DNA of 64,000 nucleotides from the human T2T-CHM13v2.0 reference genome, Homo sapiens. A model generated the notes under the pieces. That model saw only the letters and a program-made list of their open reading frames with translations. It was not told where the DNA came from and did no database searches. Location: NCBI RefSeq assembly GCF_009914755.1, contig NC_060936.1, one strand, 5' to 3'. This document shows, one piece after another, positions 55,975-64,000 of the stretch. Position 1 is the first letter of the stretch, and every line of letters begins with the position of its first letter. A program made the position numbers and the translations under genes.

Positions 55975-58900
55975 TAATGTGCCCATTTTTTAAATCAGTA
56001 TTATACACCTATTTTTTACTATAGTTTCTGAATATATTTGAAATTCTGAAAGAACATGCTCCAGCCCAACTTTCTTAAGATGTTGCTTACAACCTCTTGA
56101 TTATATATTCTTTGATTATACATTCTGATTTTTTGAACCACTTAATCAAGTTTCAAATAATCCTATTAGAGTTGTATTTGGAATTGCATTGTTGCATTGG
56201 GTGTAGAGAAATATTGAGAGAAATTTGGCATATTATTGTGTCTTCCTAAGACATATGTCTATATTTTCAAAACTTGTGTGTTATAGAGAAAGTTATCGTT
56301 TTCTTTACATATGGCTTGAATATTTCCTGTATGTCTATATCTAGATATAATATGCTTTTGTTGCCATTGTGAATGGGCTATTTTTCCATTATATGTCTAG
56401 CTGGTTTTTGGATTGCCTTTTGAAAGACTGCTTTACCAGTTCTCAAAAACACTTCATTATAATGCCATAAAGCACAGTGAGAATAAACTAAAGCTCTAGT
56501 TATAAAATAGTTTTGATAAAATGTGGATTAATAGCCTAAGAAATAGCGAAGTCAACTTGCATTTACCTTGAGGCTAAAAATTGATCTCATTTTTCTTAAA
56601 AAATATACATACTCATAATTTTAGAGATGAATTCCATAGACCTTTGCATTTAAGAAATATTTTACAAGTGTAATTAAGTCATCTTTTCAAGTTTTTAAAT
56701 AGTGATTCTTCCTATGTAAAATAAATGTTCTATTTTCTCCACATGTTTAAATAATTTTGAACTAAAATCCCAGGAGTAGGTGACAAATGCACATGGTAAA
56801 TCAACACATTTACTTTCTAAAATGCAACTGAAAATCAGATATGTCTGGATGAAAGGAAAATTAAATACACTCATAGAGGGATCTGCAAGGTTTGTTTGTT
56901 TTTTGTTTGTTCATTTTACATAAATATGATGCTAGGCTTTATATAGTCATTCAAAGTTGCATAGCTTAGCCATTATGGGAAAATGAGAAAACTGAAAATG
57001 AGTCAAATTTCCCAAAGGTGTTTCTAAGCCAAACTATTGTTGCTGGGATAATATGATTACTAATAAATGTGTTCAAAGCCAGTTGAGGGAACAGCATGAG
57101 TAAGAAGAAATCTAAATTGTAGCCTTCTGAGTATTTCTAAAATGACCATAGGTTTAATATGTTATAGGACTTCTGGGTACTGATTGTTGAATTGATTACA
57201 GTTTTTTTGATAGGCCAATTTTTTATGCCCTATCTCAGCTCACAAATATAAGTCATAATTCCTATACCGTTACGTTGTCATAATCTGAATGAATCGTCCT
57301 ATGTAATTTCTACTAATCATTTTTATGCCCCCATCTGTGCAAAAAAGCTCCTTGATATTACCAACTAACCATCTGCACAATTATGGAAAGGCTGCACAGT
57401 GACTGCATATGTGAAGCCAGCCATATCCCTTCCCATCACATGTGGAGTTCACCAAAAGAGTATATAAATATTTTTAAATGTTCCTTTTTATATTAAATAA
57501 AGATACATGAGTTGACTAATGTAACATAATCAAGCTGTATAATATAAGTATCAGCCACAATATTTCAAAGTGGCAGTTTTATTCTTTGCGGGTGAAAAAA
57601 AGTTTTAAAAATTAATGCACAAAATAAGGAAGTGGTTTTAAAGCAAAGCTGTGCTAAATTGACAGTTTTGCCTCACAACATTTTCTTGGAAGATAAAAAG
57701 GCAATTTCTGCCAATTTTACAAAAATGCCTCTCTTTCTCTGCCTTAGTTGCAATCCCCTAGGCTCTTTATATCTTCTCCAGTAGATGAAGATGCCATTTC
57801 TCCAGGGAATGAAGAACTAATCTCACCATTTGATATTCACCATACCACATTCTGGTTTTCTGAAATTTTTGAAAGATCTGTGATATGAGGGACTAGATCT
57901 TTTGTTTCTGCTCCTGCCCTCCATGCTCATCTCACTAGAACCCACTTCCATAGATCTGTTGCAGGATTTTTCACCATCAGTTTGAATGTTTTGTCTTTTC
58001 TCAAAACAACTTCTTGTGTCTTTTGAAATATTTGAATATACTTGAAAACTGAAATAACATTTTACTAATTTTTAAGCATATTTTAGTCTCTGAAGTTCGC
58101 TTTAATGGGATTTACTCAACAGGCTGCATATTTTAACAATCAGCTGTGTGCTTCTTTGATTGTGCTGCATATTTGAATACTTAAGGTTTTATATATTTTT
58201 TGATTGAGGCTCATACTTTAATGAGCCCCACAAATTGCATGTGTGCAGAGAAAGTCTCAGAAACTTCGTATTGAAGTGTTTTGAGGACATTCTTTTTGTA
58301 TTCTTGTGTATGTGCATTATGTATGTGTACGTGTGTTGCGAGAGGGTTTTTGCTGGTGTTTGGGTACTTGCAGTTAGGGATAAGCCTTAGGAGAATATGT
58401 TTGCTTTAAAAGAAAGATGAGGACCAATCTCTAATTCTAACTTGTGGTTTCCACTGAATAAAATTGTACTTTCATTTTTAAAATGCCTGAAATCCCATTT
58501 CTTTGAGATAACATTAATATTTTAGTGACCAATCTTTTATTCACCTCTGTGTGTAGGTATGTGAAGGGATGTATAAACTCCCAAACAGCCTGGTTTTATA
58601 ACAATGTGCTAAACTCAATAGAGTAAAAATCAGGAAATAGTTTTATTTTCCACTCCTGAAGGAACTTTTAAAACACTCTGATGGTTCTCAGTTCTCTGCC
58701 TCTTAGCAACAATGTGGTCAGATCTCAGAGCTTAAGAGTCACTTTCAGGAAATGAAAATGTCTAGTCTAAGCTAAATAAAAATTTTAATCTTCCATTCAG
58801 TGTAAGAGTTCTCTTGTTTTCCTAGCCCAGGACACAGCAATAAAAAGAAATTAAGTGTGATTTTTTTTTCTTTCTTCTCTCTCACGACTGATTAGAATAA

Positions 58901-60624
58901 ATGAATGTATAATAAATAAAGTCTCTCAATTAGCTGGTGCTATTTGTTAATCTTTATAGGCTGCCAATAACTTCTCCCAACTAAGTGTCTAAATGTTCAA
59001 ACATGGTTTTTCTCTGCCACTCTTTTCTCTCTCATAAAAAGCCAGTCTACAGATTCTTCACCTGCATTTAATGCTCCACCGTAGCGTTTGGCTGGCATAG
59101 ACAAGAGGCTTTGCTGACTTCTTACAATGGGCCCTCAGGCCTGCCCTCTGGCAATAAAACTCTTCATAGACTTTTTGAACTGAATTTTCTTTCCAACAAA
59201 GTCCTTTCAAAACCTGCCATGCAGGGAGGTCAGGTTGTTCCCACCATCAAGTAGAAGAGAAGTTTTGGCCCAAGAACTTTCCTCTTGCCACATCTGTTAG
59301 AGTAAGTTCCCACTTTCAGATTTCTTTGATAGTGAGATCCGAGTCACTGCACTCCAAACCCAGGGTCTTCTGTCATGTTCTACGAAGAAATCTCTCAAGC
59401 TCCTGCTCCACAAACAATCAGTCAGAGGACAACATTTCAGAACCTTCCATTTTTCTGAGGAGTATCCTTGGGGTCTGATTTTCTTAATTGTGGTCTGGAG
59501 AAGGAAAAGGATGTCCCTAGTGCTTTCTGTTCTTACAAATTTTCCCCTTAAACCCTCATTCCTAATAAATGGACTTTGGACTTCTCTTTTGTAGGATATT
59601 GGGTGACAATCACTGGGCCAGTTTAGACAAACTTAATCCTATGTAAGTGTGTGTAGATACTCTTTATAAGGAGTTTTTATAATCCATTATTTTTAGCTTT
59701 CAGGCAGAAGCCCAGAATCCTGAGACTACAGGGAAGACTCTAACCTTCATCCTATTATACATACTTAGAAATTTAAATAAATAATATTATTTAATACATG
59801 ACATTTTTATCAGAGGCATTATCTCTATTATGACCCATGTTCCCCATTTCCCCACTCTTCACTCTTCCACACTCAATTATAGTAACCTGGTAGGTGTCTT
59901 TCAATATATTTTCCTGTAATTATATACATTATACATATCTATTATTTGTCATTGCTCATTAAAAATTATAAGGTCATATTATCTACACATACTTGCATCT
60001 TGGCTTCTTCGGTTGAGAATGCATTGTGGAATTCTCTTCCTACCAGCTGGTAGGGAATGAATTCTTTCTTTAGTGGCTACATGATACTATATTCAACCTG
60101 GTATCAGGTGAAGGACATAACCTTTTTTCTTTTACTAAATGCTTTAGCAAGCATTTACTGATGTGATATTTTTACGTGATTATCAAACGTGTCTACGTCA
60201 ATTTTCAATTTATGTCTTCAACTTATGCATAAAAATACATGCAACCACATGAAATGTATGAAAATATTTTTTCAAGAGTCACTACCACTGGATATATTTA
60301 ACCTTTTAAAAACATTTTTGTGCTATTCATCTTCATATTAATTTCCATTTTGGGGGCTACTTGTGATATTGACATTTATTGGTAATTTAGATGTGATATT
60401 ACAAATTTTCTGTTTATATTCTTTGCCATTTCTACTTCAGATAGTTCCCTTGTCAATTTCTAAAAAAAAAATTCTCTTCTATTACAGATATGTATCCTTC
60501 TTGGACATTCTCTGTTGAATTGTTTTTATTTTTAATTTTTATTAAAATTTAAAAATATAAATTTAGAATAGTATAATGGATATCTATAGTTTTAAAAATT
60601 ACCATTTACCTATATTTGTTTCAG

Positions 60625-61050
60625 ATGGTAGACTGCATTATTTATTGCAATTATTTATCCCTTCCTATAGAAAAAGTCAGGTAACTTTAGAGTTTCTTCA
60701 ACAAGACAAAATATACTTCTGTACTACCTAATTTGGCACAGAAGTGACTTTGCTAGCATGAGACAGAAAGAGATGGAGCATCAGTTCTGAGCCTCAACCT
60801 AAGTGGCACTGAACACACCAGCTAGCCTGCTGGTGTCAAGAGATGGATGAGGAGTATAAAGAGTGAAGCTGCCGCAACCAATCCACAAAAGTGCAGTGAG
60901 AAGCAGAGATTCTTCCCCATGACCAGGCATGCCTTGCTTTGATCAGCCAAACATTGCTGTTTCACAGATTCTTAGACTGTAATAAATGATTGCTGTTTTA
61001 AACTCCCCACTTTGGGGGACGTATTATTAAGTAATTGCCAAATGGCTCAA
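60625..61050 (+). mobile_element. MLT1H-type MaLR LTR relic
   Basis: tggtagactgcattatt...cagttctgagcctcaacctaag...aataaatgattgctgttttaa. Confidence 0.55.
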
Positions 61051-61605
61051 TTGGTCTGTTATTTTTTAGGTATAACATGTAAGACATTTCACTACTTCAA
61101 TCTTACTGCATAACTACGATTGATTCCACAATGTCATCTAAAAGAGATAAAAAACTGATTTTCTCAACAGAGAAAAAGCATTTGATAAAAGTCAACACAG
61201 GCATACCTTATTTTATTATACTATGCTTTATTGACTTTTGCCAATATTGAGTTTTATTACAAATTGAAGATTTGTGGCAATCCTAATTGAGCAAGCCTAT
61301 CAGCACCATTTTTTCCAGTAGCATGTGCTCAGTATCTGTCTCTGTGTCACATTTTGGTAATTCTTGTGATATTTCAAATTTTATTATTATTATTATATTT
61401 ATTATGGTGATCTGTGGATAGTGATCTTTGATGTCACTATTGCAATTGTTTTGGGGCACCACAAACTACATCCAGAGAAGATGGTGAACTTAATAATGTT
61501 GTGTGTGTTCTGACTGCCTTACCAACAGGTTGTTTCCCCATTTCCTGATTTCTCTATTTCCTAGTAGAGAACAATACTGAAATTAAGGCAAGCAATAACC
61601 CTACA

Positions 61606-63075
61606 ATGACCTCTAAGTCTTCAAGTGAAAGGAAGAGTCACATATCTCTGTGAATCAAAAGCTAGAAATGATTAACTTTAGTGAAAAAGTTATGTCAAAA
61701 GCTGAGATAGGTCAAAAGCTAGGCCGCTTGGATCAAACAGCCAAGTTGTTAATGCAAAGGAAATGTTGTTGAAGAAATTTAAAAGTGCTACTCCAGTGAA
61801 CACAAAAATGACAAGAAAACAAAACCATTTTATTGTTGACATGGAGAAGGTTGTAATGGTCTGGATAAAATATCAAACCAGCCACAACATTCCCTTAATC
61901 CAAAGCCTAATCCAGACCAACGCCCTAACTCTCTTCAATTCTATGAAGGCTGAGAGAGATGAGGAAGTTACAGAAGAAAAGTTTGAAGCTAGCAGAAGTT
62001 GGTTCTTAAGGTTTAAAGAAAAAAGCTATCTCTATAACACAAAAGTACAAAGTGAAGCAGCAAGTGCTAATATAGAAGCTGCAGCAAGTTATCCAGAAGA
62101 TCTAGCCAAGATAACTGATGAAAGGAGCTACACTAAATAATAGATTTTCAGTGAAGATGAAGCAGTCTCATATAGGAAGAAGATACCCTCTAGGACTTTC
62201 ATAGCTGAGAGGAGAAGTGAATGTTTGGCTTCAATGGTTTAAACAGGCTAATCTCTTGCTAGGTGATAATGCAGCTGGTGACTTTAAGTTGAAGCCAATG
62301 CTCATTTACCATTATGAAAATCCTAGGGCCCTTAAGAGTTATTCTAAATTTACTCTGACTGTGCTCTACAAATGGAACAACAAAGCCTGGATGACAGCCC
62401 ATGTGACTGTAACATGATTTACGGAATATTTTAGCCTCATTGTTGAGCTCCACTGCTCAGGAAAAGAAAAAAAAAAGGATTCCTTTCAAAATCTTGCTGC
62501 TCATTGACAAGGCACCTGGTCACATAAGCGATCTGACGAAGATGCAGAAAGAGATTAATGTTTTCATGCCTGCTTATACAACATCCATTCTGTAGCCCAT
62601 GGATCAAGGAGCAATTTTGACTTAAAATCTTATTGTTTAAGAAAGACATTTCATAAGGCTATGGCAGGAATAGATAGTGACTCCTCTAATAGAACTGAAG
62701 AAAGTAAATTGAAAACTTCTGGAAAGTATTCACCATTCTGAATGTCATTAGAAAAATTCACGATTCATTGGAGGATGTCAAAAAATATATTTTAACAGGA
62801 GACTGGAAGAAGTCTAACCCATATATATATTTATATATATATATTTATATATATATTTATATATATATTTATATATATATTTATATATATATTTATATAT
62901 ATATTTATATATATATTTATATATATATTTATATATATTTATATATATATTTATATATATATTTATATATATATTTATATATATATTTATATATATTTAT
63001 ATATATTTATATATATATTTATATATATATTTATATATATTTATATATATATGCTAACCCTTATATATATATAAG

Positions 63076-63116
<41 letters not shown>

Positions 63117-63480
63117 TAACCCTTATAGATTACTTTGAGGAGCTTAAGACTTCAGTGGAGGAAGTAACTGCAGATGTGGTAAAAAAAAAAAAAAAAAAAA
63201 AAAAACAAAAAAACAAGAGAACTAGAATTAGAAGTGGATCCTGAAGATATGACTGAATGGCTGCAATCTCATAATAAAACTTGAATGAATGAGGATTTGC
63301 TTGTTATGAATGATCAAAGAAAGTGGTTTCTTGAGATGGAATCTGTTTCTGAAGAATATAATGTGAACATTGTTGAAATGTCAATGAAAAATTTAGCATC
63401 TTACAGAAACCTAGTTCATAAAGAAGCAGTAAGGTTTGAAAGGATTGACCCCAATTTTGAAAAAAGTTCTACTGGGTAAA
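61606..63480 (+). pseudogene. Tigger1 transposase relic (TIGD1/CENP-B superfamily), fragmented
   Basis: Recognisable HTH and DDE segments broken by stops, frameshifts and repeat expansions. The 3' limit is approximate. Confidence 0.8.
62814..63124. repeat. Compound AT-rich minisatellite, (TTTA(TA)n) units plus (AT)18
   Basis: About 230 bp of 10-12-bp AT units, then an (AT)n-AAGCTT-(AT)18 block, punctuated by three ctaaccc motifs. Confidence 0.96.
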
Positions 63481-63649
63481 ATGCTAAATAGCATTGCATG
63501 TTACAGAGGAATATTTCGGGAAAGGAGTCAGTTGATGCAGAAAACTCCATTGTTGCCTTATTTTCAGAAATTTGCACAACTATAACCTTCAGCAACCATC
63601 ACCCTGTTCAATTAGTAGCCATCAACATTACGGTAAGACCCCACTCAAC

Positions 63650-63652
<3 letters not shown>

Positions 63653-63698
<46 letters not shown>
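63653..63698. repeat. (AC)23 microsatellite inside Tigger1
   Basis: Uninterrupted AC run. Confidence 0.97.
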
Positions 63699-63701
<3 letters not shown>

Positions 63702-64000
63702 TTCACTGAAGGCTCAGATGATTGCTATCATATTTTAGCAATTAAGTGTTTTCTAGTCAAGGCTCATATGTTTGCTATCATGTTTTATCAATGAAGTATT
63801 TTTTAATTTTAGTTTTCAGAACTAAAACTTATCTTGTAAGAACTGTGAAAATATGTACATTGTTTTTTATACATAATACTATTGCACACTTAGCAGACTA
63901 CAGTATAGTGCAACCATGACTTATATGCAGCAGAAAATCAAAAAGTTCATGTGACTTTTTTTATGGGGTTATTCCCTTTATTGCAATAGTCTGGAGCAGA

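Larger units (their letters stand above)
61198..64000 (+). mobile_element. Tigger1 DNA transposon, near full length (right TIR just beyond window)
   Basis: Left TIR caggcatacct. Transposase start at 61606 (MTSKSSSERKSH...). ORFs 61763-62140 and 62217-62417 match pogo/Tigger1 transposase ([30 protein letters not shown]). The 3' subterminal sequence is at the window end. Confidence 0.95.

Noticed and set aside
62814-63122. ctaaccc motifs as interstitial telomeric repeats
   Set aside because: Single dispersed units that correspond to native Tigger1 sequence, not tandem TTAGGG.
62768-63244. 158-aa Tyr/Ile-rich ORF
   Set aside because: Translation of the AT array and poly(A) run.

Overview
AT-rich, CpG-poor primate (human-like) genomic DNA that reads as intergenic or deep intronic sequence. 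I found no supportable protein-coding gene, RNA gene, CpG island or CRISPR-like array. All but one of the ORFs over 100 aa are transposon-derived or simple-repeat artefacts; the exception (2434-2790) starts at TTG and resembles nothing I recognise. The window is a layered fossil record of mobile DNA. It holds eight Alus (J, S, Y), solo LTRs (MER50-like, MER9/HML-3, LTR40, LTR47, two THE1D/MST, several MLT1), and a near-complete Hsmar1 mariner (4374-5642) nested with an AluY inside an MLT1 LTR. It also holds an old L1M carrying a younger twin-primed, 5'-inverted L1PA (41484-43430), MIR/L2 relics, several DNA MITEs and a near-complete Tigger1 (61198 to window end). I cannot support a new biological system. 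The best leads are: (i) a perfect 30-bp inverted repeat that turns a decayed MLT1A LTR into a ~100-nt hairpin (8789-8890), with smaller perfected palindromes elsewhere, suggesting template-switch mutagenesis; (ii) a perfect U1-complementary splice donor bounding a 51-nt minus-strand candidate exon (12428-12478), with other minus-strand splice signals suggesting a spliced non-coding transcript; (iii) a compound AT minisatellite born inside the Tigger1 transposase; (iv) several small, recent-looking tandem duplications. Repeat subfamily names come from my recollection of consensus sequences and need RepeatMasker/Dfam confirmation. Boundaries of old elements are approximate.
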